Assembly: GCF_006345805.1 (NCBI RefSeq)
Contig: NC_043023.1
Location: forward strand, 1,550,001 to 1,614,000
Direction: 5' to 3'
DNA from: Octopus sinensis
Lineage: Eukaryota
DNA length: 64,000 nucleotides
Shown: positions 39,561-49,429 of the stretch, piece by piece
How the letters are laid out: the number at the start of each line of letters is the position of its first letter
Numbering within the stretch: the stretch's first letter is position 1
Position numbers and translations under genes: made by a program
Notes under the pieces: generated by a model
Database searches by the model: none
What the model saw: only the letters and a program-made list of their open reading frames with translations
Told to the model about the DNA's origin: nothing

Positions 39561-40079
39561 ACATATATATATATATACACACACATATATATAATATAGG
39601 CATGCATAACAGAAACTCGCTGCAAGGCAAGTGCACAGTAGGAGAGATCTTCAGAGGAAGAACTCTCATCTGACAAGTGCTTCGGCCCATATACATGACA
39701 CTCTACAGGAGCTGGGCCAACCCAGATCATGACTCCCAGATGTCCTCTTACTGCTTTCCAAAATCCTGTTACCAGCAGGATTTGAACCTGGGTCATCCTT
39801 TACTTGAACTTGTGTTCCCATGTCTGTGTTTCAGCCCACCAGGTCACTCTGACTGATGAAGGAACCAGTCCTCTTCTTCCTCCTATTCCTGTAAATAACC
39901 AATGGAATCCATCAGTAAGTCCATAGGTCATTCCCCTTTGCCAATATCCACATTGAGCTCTTTTCAGCAACATCAGACAAAAGAGTAATTGTGTCAGTTC
40001 TTCTATGGCCTTTGGTACCCAACTGCCCAGGTAGTTGACACGTTGATGCATTCATAGATCTTCATGATACAACTACAGC

Positions 40080-40604
40080 AGAACTGAGAAAAACATCGCA
40101 GATATGCATGCAGCTGTGAGGGGAAATCTTCGAATCACCATCCATGGGTTATCAGAGGATGTGCAGATTAGTTAGTTCAGTTCAGTCCATTATCAAAGAA
40201 GATTTGGGTAGGAGACGCGTGTCTACCAAGTTTGTACCAAAACTGCTTTCAGCTGACCAAAAGGACATTCGGATTTCAGTTGCACAAGACCTCTTTTGAT
40301 TGTGTCGAGAACAATGAAAACTTTTTAAAACCTTTGCATAGGCCTCTGAGCAGGTATCACCAAGCTTTTGGTAACATTTGATGCAGGTTCTCTGCTCAAC
40401 TTTCTCTGTCATAGTCAATGTGATGTTCACACGCTACACATGTTCCTTCCAAGCACTGCTATAAACAGCGGAAGTGAGCTAGAACATTAAAATTTAGTGC
40501 GCATGCACAGCAGAGCTCAAGATCAATCTATGCCAAGCAGCTTCACTCTGCGTGCTTTTGCTTCATTACTATGGCAACAATACGAATACTTATTGCTCAG
40601 ACCA

Positions 40605-40605
<1 letters not shown>
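40080..40605. pseudogene. Rearranged mariner relic, with two transposase segments in opposite orientation
   Basis: Plus 40085-40330: RITIHGLSEDV..SIIKEDLGRRRVSTKFVPKLLSADQKDIR. Minus 40430-40323: MTEKVEQRTCIKCYQKLGDTCSEAYAK. A TIR-like ggtctgagcaataagtattcg lies at ~40605(-). Confidence 0.8.
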
Positions 40606-40645
<40 letters not shown>

Positions 40646-40744
40646 GTATGTATTTATGTATGTATATATATGTATATAAGAATTTTTTGCGTAATAAGAT
40701 AAAAAAACCAAGGCTGTATAGATATTAGAGCATTTATAGATAGG

Positions 40745-40794
40745 TCTTACAGCTGTTTCTAGGATATTAATTAATAATATCCCTTCATCAGAGA
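40745..40794 (-). ncRNA. Minimal type I hammerhead ribozyme, canonical core (predicted, dimer type)
   Basis: TCT / CTGATGA / A-GGGATATT-ATTAATT-AATATCCT-A / GAAA / CAGCTG / TA^ / AGA. ACAGCTGT is a perfect palindrome and the triplet is GUA. Confidence 0.7.
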
Positions 40795-40927
40795 TGGTGT
40801 GAGAGGAAAATTAAGTGATAGTTAGTTTAGATGTGATACAAAAGAGAGAGTAAGATGGAGGAAAGAAAATAGATGTAAGATATGTATGGGTATTGAAGTT
40901 GTAAATCCATTATATAAGCATAATGGT

Positions 40928-42798
40928 ATCATCATCATCATCATCATCATCATTTAACGTCCGCTTTCCATGCTAGCATGGGTTGGACGGTTCAACTGGA
41001 GTCTGGGGAGCCCGAAGGCTGCACCAGGCCAGTCAGATCTGGCAGTGTTTCTACAGGTGGATGCCCTTCCTAACGCCAACCACTCCGAGAGTGTAGTGGG
41101 TGATTTTATGTGCCACCGACACAGGTGCCAGACGAGGCTGGCGAACGGCCACGCTCGATGGTGTTTTTTATGTGCCACCGACACAGGTGCCAGACGAGGC
41201 TGGCGGACGGCCACACTCGGATGGTGTTTTTATGTGCCACCGACACAAGTGCCAGATGAGGCTGGCGAACGGCCACGATCGGATGGTGTTTGTTACGTGC
41301 CCACAGCACGGAGGCCAGTCGATGTGGTACTGGCTACGGCCACGTTCGGATGGTTTCCTTGTGTGCCACCAGCACTGGTACCACAAAGATACAAATTCCA
41401 TTGATGTTCATCTATTTTGATTTGGTTTGATTTTCACTTGCCTCAACAGGTCTTCACAAGTGTCACACACTTGCCTCAACAGGTCTTCACAAGTGTCACA
41501 TACTTGCCTCAACAGGTCTTCACAAGTGTCATAAGAAGGAAGGTATGCACAGGTGGACTGACTACGTCCCAGGTAGGGGCCACGGGTTATGGCCTGACTA
41601 GTCTTGCCGGGTCTTTGGATGGTGTTTTTATGTTCCACCAACACAGGTGCCAGATGAGGCTGGCGAACGGCCACGATCGGATGGTGTTTGTTACGTGCCC
41701 ACAGCACGGAGGTCAGTCGATGAGGTACTGGCTACCACCACGTTCGGATGGTTTTCTTGTGTGCCACCGGCATTGGTACCACAAAGATACAAATTCCATT
41801 GATGTTCATCTATTTTGATTTGTTTTGATTTGATTTGATTATGATTATTATTATTATTATTATCACTTGCCTCAACAGGTCTTCACAAGTGTCATTTGAT
41901 TTGATTAGCACTTGCCTCAACAGGTCTTCACAAGTGTCATAAGAAGGAAGGTATGCACAGGTGGACTGACTACGTCCCAGGAGGGGCCACGGGCTATGGC
42001 CTGACTAGTCTTGCCGGGTCTTCGGACAGGTGCCAGATGAGGCTGGCGAACGGCCACGATCGGATGTCGTTTGTTATGTGCCCACAGCACGGAGGCCAGT
42101 CGATGCGGTACTGGCTACAGCCACGTTCGGATGGTTTTCTTGTGTGCCACCGGCACTGGTACCACAGAGATACAGATTCCATTGATGTTCATCTATTTTG
42201 ATTTGTTTTGATTTTTTGATTTGTTGATTTTCACTTGCCTCAACAGGTCTTCACAAGTGTCACAAGAAGGAAGGTATGCACAGGTGGACTGACTACGTCC
42301 CAGGAGGGGCCACGGGCTATGGCCTGACTAGTCTTGCCGGGTCTTCGGACAGGTGCCAGATGAGGCTGGCGAACGGCCACGATCGATGTCGTTTGTTATG
42401 TGCCCACAGCACGGAGGCCAGTCGATGCGGTACTGGCTACAGCCACGTTCGGATGTTTTCTTGTGTGCCACCGGCACTGGTACCACAGAGATACAGATTC
42501 CATTGATGTTCATCTATTTTGATTTGTTTTGATTTTTTGATTTGTTGATTTTCACTTGCCTCAACAGTCTTCACAAGTGTCATAAGAAGGAGGTATGCAC
42601 AGGTGGACTGACTACGTCCCAGGTAGGGGCCACCACGATCGGATGGTGTTTGTTATGTGCCCACATCACAGAGGCCAGTCGATGCGGTACTGGCTACGGC
42701 CACGTTCGGATGGTTTTCTTGTGTTCCACCGGTACTGGTACCACAAAGATACAAATTCCATTGATGTTCATCTATTTTGATTTGGTTTGATTTTCACT
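40928..42798 (-). repeat. SINE family F whose internal region expanded into about 5 higher-order units of ~250-430 bp
   Basis: Units start at cacttgcctcaacaggtcttcacaagtgtc near 41435, 41864, 42232, 42553 and 42795, with 33-bp and ~55-bp subrepeats. Confidence 0.9.
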
Positions 42799-43320
42799 TA
42801 TATGCAATATTCCAATATCCTTTGAGTAAATGCTCTAATATCTACACAGCCTTGGTTTTTTATTACACAAAAAATTCTTATATACACATGCTGACATAGA
42901 ACCATGGTTGAACCATTTATTCGCAATATTACCAAATCTGAAACTTAACTATGGTCTGTCTATAGCACTTATTCAGCATTACCTGACACCTTTGGGTCTC
43001 AATGACACCATTATCTCTTATATATATATATGTATATATATATATATTGTAGCTAGTTAGAGTAAATCACTGCTGTTTTCTCTTGAAGCACATCTGCTTA
43101 TTCCATTATTATAATCCAATATGTAGTCTCAGTTGCTTCTGTATTTTGGTTCAAAATACATACTAAAATTGAGGATAATGGAAATATTTTTTGCAGAGTC
43201 ATTGTATAACAAAATTGGAAATATGAAATAATATCAATAAATGAGACCCCAAAATATCAAATCTTTTTTGTTTCATATATATATGTGTGTGTGTGTTTGT
43301 ATGTATGCATAAATATATAT

Positions 43321-43373
<53 letters not shown>

Positions 43374-44630
43374 GTATGTATATATGCATATACATATAGA
43401 TAGATATATATATTTACAGATATGTGTGTGTGTGTACTAGCCGAACTTTGCCAACCTCAACAAACACTGCTGCTGAATTTTACCCAAACAATCATCTGAG
43501 AACAACAGCTCATCAACGAAAGGTCATGGTTTACTACTACAACCAAGCCTAATTCAAACTAGTAACAGATGAACATCCCTCTCTAAACAATGTCATATCT
43601 ATATGCCCTGAAGAGGTAATACTAATAATGCATAAATCATAAGAATATGCAACAATATGCAGTTAGTACAATCGAAATACATATCAGACAATTATTATGA
43701 ATAAGCTAACTGGGAAGAAACAGTGTTCATATTATCAATATTGTATATATATATATAGGTGCAGGAGTGGCTGTGTGGTAAGAAGCTTGCTTACCAACCG
43801 CATGGTTCTGGGTTTAGTCCCACTGTGTGACACCTTGGGCAAGTGTCTTCTACTATAGCCTTGGGCTGATGAAAACCTTGAGTGGATTTCAAAGACGGAA
43901 ACTGAAAGAAGCCCATCGTATATATGTATATATATATGTATGTGTGTGTGTTTGTGTGTCTGTGTTTGTCCCCCCAAAATCGCTTGACAACTGATGCTGG
44001 TGTGTTTACACCCCCGTAACTTAGCGGTTCAGCAAAAGAGACCGATAGAATATGTACTAGGCTTACAAAGAATAAGTCCTGAGGTCGATTTGCTTGACTA
44101 AAAGGCAGTGCTCCAGCAAGGCCACAGTCAAATGACTGAAAGAAATAAAAGAGAGTAAAGAGTAAGTGTGTCTCTATAGAATTTGGAGCCAGCACCGAAA
44201 GTTAAGACATTGCAAAACAAAATATGATGTTCCTACCACCAAGTAATATCATCGTCATCATCATTTAACGTCCGTTTTCCATGCTAGCATGGGATGGACA
44301 GTTCTACCGGGGTCTGGAAAATCAGGAGGCTGCACCAGGTTCCAGTCTGATCTGGCAGTGTTTCTACAGTTGGATGCCTTTCCTAACGCCAACCACTCCA
44401 TGAGTGTAGTGGGTGCTTTTTACGTTCCACCAACACAGGAGCCAGGTGAGGCTGGCAACTGCCACAATTGGTTGGTGCTTTTTATGTGCCATCAGCACAG
44501 AAACCAGTCAAGGCGGTGCTGGCATCGGCCACGTTCAGATATATACATACCAATTGCCAGGGAAGTGTTTAATACATAAAATTTAATGGTTGTTTAAGCA
44601 ATGTGTTCGTGAATGGTTAATGGGTTGGAT

Positions 44631-44676
44631 GTGGTACTGATGAAGGAATAAGAATTCCTGAAACATGCATATACAC
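44631..44676 (+). ncRNA. Decayed minimal hammerhead with canonical core and perfect 6-bp stem II
   Basis: GTGGTA / CTGATGA / AGGAAT-AAGA-ATTCCT / GAAA / CATGCA / TA / TACAC. Confidence 0.55.
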
Positions 44677-45200
44677 TCATTCCCTATTTTTCTATCCACA
44701 TTGTTTACATAGATATATTCTTATATGAAACATCTTGACTTTCAATACTGTCTCTCTTGAGAAATACACTTTAAAAAATGACATAAATATATCATCATCA
44801 CAATCATTGTTTAACATCCATTTTTCCATGCTGCCATGGGTCAGACAGTTTGATTGAGGACTGGCAAGCCAGGAGGCTGCATCAGGCTCCAATCTGATCT
44901 GGCAAGGGCTCTACAGCTGGATGCCTTTCTTAATGCCAACCAATCTGAGATTGTAGTGGATGCCTTTCATGTACCACCAGCACAGGAGCCAGTCAGGCGG
45001 CACCGGCATCGACCACATTTGGATGGTGCTTTTTATGTGACACCGGCATGGGGAGCCAGTCAGGTGGCACTGGCACTGACCCATGCTTGAATTGCTTATT
45101 ATGTGCCACCAGCACAGCTGCCAGTCAGGCAGCACTGGCCATGACTACGATTTCACTTGACTGAACAGGTCTTATATACACACACACATATATATATATA

Positions 45201-45384
45201 CTTTATTTAAAGCAGCAGAAAATTCAAAAACCTGCTATTCTGAGTTTTCCGATGAACGGCAACGGGAAACTCAGAGTAACAGGTTTTGTTGAATTTTCTG
45301 CTGCTTTAAATAAAGCATATTACTCTACCACTGGTATTTGAGTACTCTCTTTTCCACCTTGTTTCACATTTATGTGTACTCCGG

Positions 45385-45392
<8 letters not shown>
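45201..45392. mobile_element. Second copy of the U4C-hammerhead PLE-like family with a shorter inverted duplication
   Basis: Arms 45201-45251 and 45263-45315. CCGATGA ACG-GCAA-CGG GAAA CTCAGAG TA ACAG at 45249-45282. Terminus tactccggtatata. Confidence 0.75.
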
Positions 45393-45415
<23 letters not shown>

Positions 45416-45552
45416 CGGAGGATCTACTCGCATAGCAAGTAATTGATCTGAGATCGTGTGCTGAAACGAAAACAATTGCAGCGTGGAAGGTGTTTATAAG
45501 CCATTTAAGAAACACACAAAAGCCGTTCGATTCACTTCAACATTAAGTTTAA

Positions 45553-45602
45553 TTTGTCAAAATATTTTCGTCGCTAAAATCCGCGACCTGTTCACTGACA
45601 AA
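45553..45602 (-). ncRNA. Mirror copy of the G3:C8 hammerhead on the minus strand
   Basis: Reverse complement of 45633-45682 within the palindrome. Confidence 0.6.
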
Positions 45603-45632
45603 GTCCGTGCTGCATCTAAATGCAGCACGGAC

Positions 45633-45682
45633 TTTGTCAGTGAACAGGTCGCGGATTTTAGCGACGAAAATATTTTGACAAA
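45633..45682 (+). ncRNA. Minimal hammerhead with swapped G3:C8 core (predicted)
   Basis: TTTGTCA / GTGAACA / G-GTCGC-GGATTTTA-GCGAC / GAAA / ATAT-TT^ / TGACAAA. Stem I has 7 bp, stem II 5 bp, and AAAATATTTT is a palindrome. Confidence 0.6.
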
Positions 45683-46472
45683 TTAAACTTAAATGTTGAA
45701 GTGAATCGAACGGCTTTTGTGTGTTTCTTAAATGGCTTATAAACACCTTCCACGCTGCAATTGTATATATATATATATATATATATATAAAACTTACTTG
45801 GAAAAGGATGCGTGGTGTTCAATCATATAATAATATGAATAATATGTAAATATATGCATACATATATGTACCTACCTACATATATATGTATATCACGTAA
45901 TCACGTGATCAACCAGACCATCAGATGTCACTACACATCGCTGGTCACAATGCGCTTCGCATTGTTTTAGCCTTCGAATGATGCCACCCCGCTGGCTAAG
46001 CGAGTACGCCAACAGAAGAATGAGTGAGAGAAAGTCGTGGCGAAAGACTACAGCAGGGATCGCCACAACCCCCTGCCAGAGCCTCGTGGAGCTTTAGGTG
46101 TTTTCGCTCATTAAACACTCCCAACGCCCGGTCTGGGAATATATGTGTATATACATGCATATATGGGTACAGGACATCAAAAAAACGTTGAACACAACGA
46201 GAAACAAAAACATAGAAACGAACATTTTTCGAAGCTCTTCCATACAGTTTCTATATACCAAATCCTGTCACAAGGCACTGGTAGGCTGGGGCTATCACAG
46301 ATAACACTTAACCAAAGTGTCATGCAGTGGGACTGAACCTGAAACCAGGTGATTGCAAAGTGAGCTACTTAAACACACCCTTATGCCTTCACCTGTCATG
46401 ATTGTGATGATGATGATGATAATGGTGATGAAACAAAAATTCAAAGTAAAAAGAAATTCCTTCCTTGCTCAC

Positions 46473-46700
46473 CAGTTTCGTCTCCTTCTTCACAATGGCA
46501 TCCAGGTACCGTGGGATCTGAGCTTCATACCTGACGACGGCAGTCTGCTTGGTGTTGATGTTCTCAGCCTTTTTTGAAGGTGCACATGTGATGTTGTATT
46601 CCCCAGGACCGGGGACTTTGCTAATGCTGTAGAACCCTCTGCTGCTGGTGTAGTTACCAAAATGACATCCTTTATATGAGTTGTCAAAGAAACGGTATGG
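46473..46700 (-). CDS. STPG2: Internal coding exon (76 codons, phase 0-0) of a sperm-tail PG-rich repeat (SHIPPO-repeat) protein, STPG2-like
   Basis: Minus strand: acceptor tgtctctgtcttttacAG, donor AAACTG|GTGAGC, 228 nt open. Translation PYRFFDNSYKGCHFGNYTSSRGFYSISKVPGPGEYNITCAPSKKAENINTKQTAVVRYEAQIPRYLDAIVKKETKL. The PGPGxY motif and the order YKG.HFG...PGPGxY...EN.N.K...IPR...IV..E.K match my recollection of vertebrate STPG2. Orthology is from memory, not a search. Confidence 0.8.
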
Positions 46701-46811
46701 CTGTAAAAGACAGAGACAGAAATATATACAAGCATTATTAAATCTCAGAACGAGATGTAAACAGTAATCGCTCGACAATGTAAAGTATAATAGCCATCTC
46801 AATATGGCTAA

Positions 46812-46968
46812 CCACAAAGGGGGTGTGTTACCGTGGCTTTTTAGCCCCAGGAGATCATCGTCTCCAGCTGGCTTTAAGCATATAAGTGCACAGATAGTGT
46901 GCCTAAAGCCAGCTGGAGATGATGATCTCCTGGGGCTAAAAAGCTACAGTAACACCCCGCCTTTGTGA
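46812..46968. mobile_element. Hairpin MITE (~65-bp arms) upstream of the STPG2-like exon
   Basis: cacaaagggggtgtgttaccgtggctttttagccccaggagatcatcgtctccagctggcttta pairs with taaagccagctggagatgatgatctcctggggctaaaaagctacagtaacaccccgcctttgtg. Confidence 0.8.
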
Positions 46969-47107
46969 AATATATATATATTTACGTTAATCGCAGGTAG
47001 GCAAGCAAAAGTGTGATCGCATATTTGCGCCAACCGTTGTCAAGGGGTTAAGGGAAAAGAGGCAGAAGAAGGAGAAGGATGACACAGATGTCAAGGTTGA
47101 AGAAATG

Positions 47108-47339
47108 TATTTCTTTACTGCCCACAAGGGGCTAAACATAGAGGGGACAAAACAAGGACAGACAAAGGAATTAAGTCGATTACATCAACCCCAGTGGGAA
47201 ACTGCTACTCTATTTATCGACCCCGAAAGGATGAAAGGCAAAGTCGACCTCGGCGGAATTTGAACTCAGAAGGTAACTACAGACGAAATATGGCTACGCA
47301 TTTCGCCCGGCGTGCTAACGTTTCTGCCAGCTCGCCACC
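47108..47339 (-). mobile_element. SINE family B
   Basis: Reverse complement of the 20018-20247 copy. Confidence 0.9.
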
Positions 47340-47399
47340 CTCGCCAGCTTGGAAGAAAGAAGCATTAAATAGCAGGAAATGAAATTGTTTCAGAAAACA

Positions 47400-47660
47400 A
47401 AGAACAGAGAATTGTGGCTGGACACGATCACCCGTATCCTACGAATGAGAACATTGAGGAAAGCATGGACAGGCAGACTGTTTAATGAAGAAGTGAAGAC
47501 CTGGGCTGCAGAAATTGCTTTGTCGGATAAAGGGCAAACAAATGAGATTTCTTGGTCATGTGAGGAGGAAAGAGGGCCTGGAAAATTTAGCAACGACTGG
47601 AAAGATTGAAGGGGGAAATGGCCGAGACCGAAGGATGATATAGAAGGCAAGAACTGTTTT
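47400..47660 (+). pseudogene. RTE-clade LINE 3' ORF relic
   Basis: Translation RILRMRTLRKAWTGRLFNEEVKTWA..GK..G..PR resembles the RTE C-terminal RNEEV..GHV..EGKR.RGRP region. Confidence 0.5.
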
Positions 47661-47769
47661 TCTGTAATTGAATTAATTGGTTATGGAAACAGCTGTAGGA
47701 AGGAACTTCTCTGTACGAATTTGAACGTCCTTTATTTTATTAAATCTCCCCAAATTTTTTAATAATTTC

Positions 47770-48015
47770 AGGTCTCCAAATTTGCCATCAAGATGTAGGA
47801 CAAGATACTGTGATAGCCTGGGCTTCAGAGGCCCACAGCTCTTCAATATCCTCCCGAAGAACCTGAGAGACCTGCATGGGCTGGATGCAGATGTCTTTAA
47901 AATAAAACTGGATCTCTTCCTGTCAGGTGTCCCAGATGAACCAACTTCACGGCAGGAGGTGCAGATGAGGGCAGCTGAGGGCAGCTGCATCGAACTCTCT
48001 CATGCACCAAATGGC
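47770..48015 (+). pseudogene. CR1-group LINE 3' end relic
   Basis: RYCDSLGFRGPQLFNILPKNLRDLHGLDADVFKIKLDLFLSGVPDEP is typical of CR1/L2-group ORF2 C-termini. Confidence 0.7.
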
Positions 48016-48819
48016 AATTGATAAAAAGCATTTGTGAAGTAAAATCATGTAGCAACACCAAAAAAAAAAAAATAATAATAATCCGAATACGAGGCAGATT
48101 ACATATTTCATCATGTAATACACAAAGAATATGGTCCCAAAAAAGTTAAATTATGTCAGTGTGACCAGAACCATGCATTTCTGTTTCGATCTGGTTTATG
48201 AAATTTTGGTTTATCTCTCTGTGCTGAATGTGATAAATATCATCAAACTGGATAGCAACAGAGAGTAACAGGAATCTGTGCAATCAGATGATGATGATGT
48301 AACAATAGATGAGGATAGGACAAGGAAATCAAAACACAGCAATTCTAATACAACTGACTAATCCCTTCTACTCAAATGATTCTGGTTGGAGTGTCACATG
48401 AATTCCACCCCCAGAGACTCATCTCTAATTACACTTCAATTAATCTATTGTTAATTATCATTACCATTAAAATAGTTTTGCCTGAATTCTTGGCAATTAA
48501 ATAAACAATAATTTCCTCTTCTTTTTGTAAGTTAATTACTGAACTGCTAATAAAAGATTACATAGATGTCTGTTTTAAGGTGCTGACGGTAATGCGCTGG
48601 GGGTGGGGCTAGAAGATTAGTTTACCTTCTGCTCATCTTGATAGGAATCTGTGTGTACATGTGTGTGTCTGTGCATATACATGCATGTGTGTGGGTGTGT
48701 ATAGAGAGAGGGATAGATAGATAGATATCTATACATACACATACCTGTGTTTATATTAGATAGAATGATATATATGAAGATCTCTCTCTCTCTCTCTTTA
48801 TATATATATATATATATAC

Positions 48820-48868
<49 letters not shown>

Positions 48869-49220
48869 ATATATATGTATATATGCATATATATATATAT
48901 ATAAAATATATATACTGATAGGAAGACAGGGGGAGGAGGAAATGTCTATATATAATGCAGACATATAATCATATAAATATATATGTATTATTGATTATAT
49001 CTATATACATGTGTGTGTGTGTATTTGAGAGTTCATACACACATACACACATATGTATCTACATATCTAAATAAATAGATAACTAAAGATGTATATTCAT
49101 ACATTTATATATTTTTATACACACACGCAATCACATATACCTACACATATATGCATATATATACATATGTACAAACACACACACACACACATATCTCTCT
49201 CTCTCTGTCTGTGTGTGTGT

Positions 49221-49261
<41 letters not shown>

Positions 49262-49429
49262 TATACATTGTAGGTTTTGAATTTCCTGTTAGTCAGCAAC
49301 ATAGAAAGTTTGATTAATTGAAATGAAGGACTTAGATGATGGTCAGAGGTTGAATCGACTGTCATATGTGATGTGACCTCTACAATCAGCAAATTTCAGT
49401 CTCGATTAAGCTAAGGCCCGCCTGCCGGC

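Larger units (their letters stand above)
45414..45764. mobile_element. PLE-like terminal repeat in a near-perfect ~144-bp-arm palindrome
   Basis: Arms 45472-45615 and 45620-45764 surround a 4-nt loop (ctaa). TA microsatellites flank it. Confidence 0.8.

Noticed and set aside
39853-39875. CTGATGA-AGGA-ACCAG-TCCT
   Set aside because: It has a hammerhead core and stem II but is followed by CTTC rather than GAAA.
41435-42600. Ribozyme-like strings in the array unit (minus CTGTTGAGGCAAGTGAAA, plus CTGACTACGTCCC..GGGGC, CAGATGAGGCTGGCGAAC, and an HDV-like fit)
   Set aside because: Each lacks a core nucleotide, a pairable stem II, or the P2/J4-2 elements. No complete fold could be built by eye.
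41417-42790. Repeated ORFs (MRLANGHDRMVFVTCPQHGGQS...) as a peptide array, or the array as CRISPR-like
   Set aside because: They arise from the tandem SINE interior. Frames shift between copies, the sequences between repeats are themselves repeated rather than unique spacers, and there are no cas genes.
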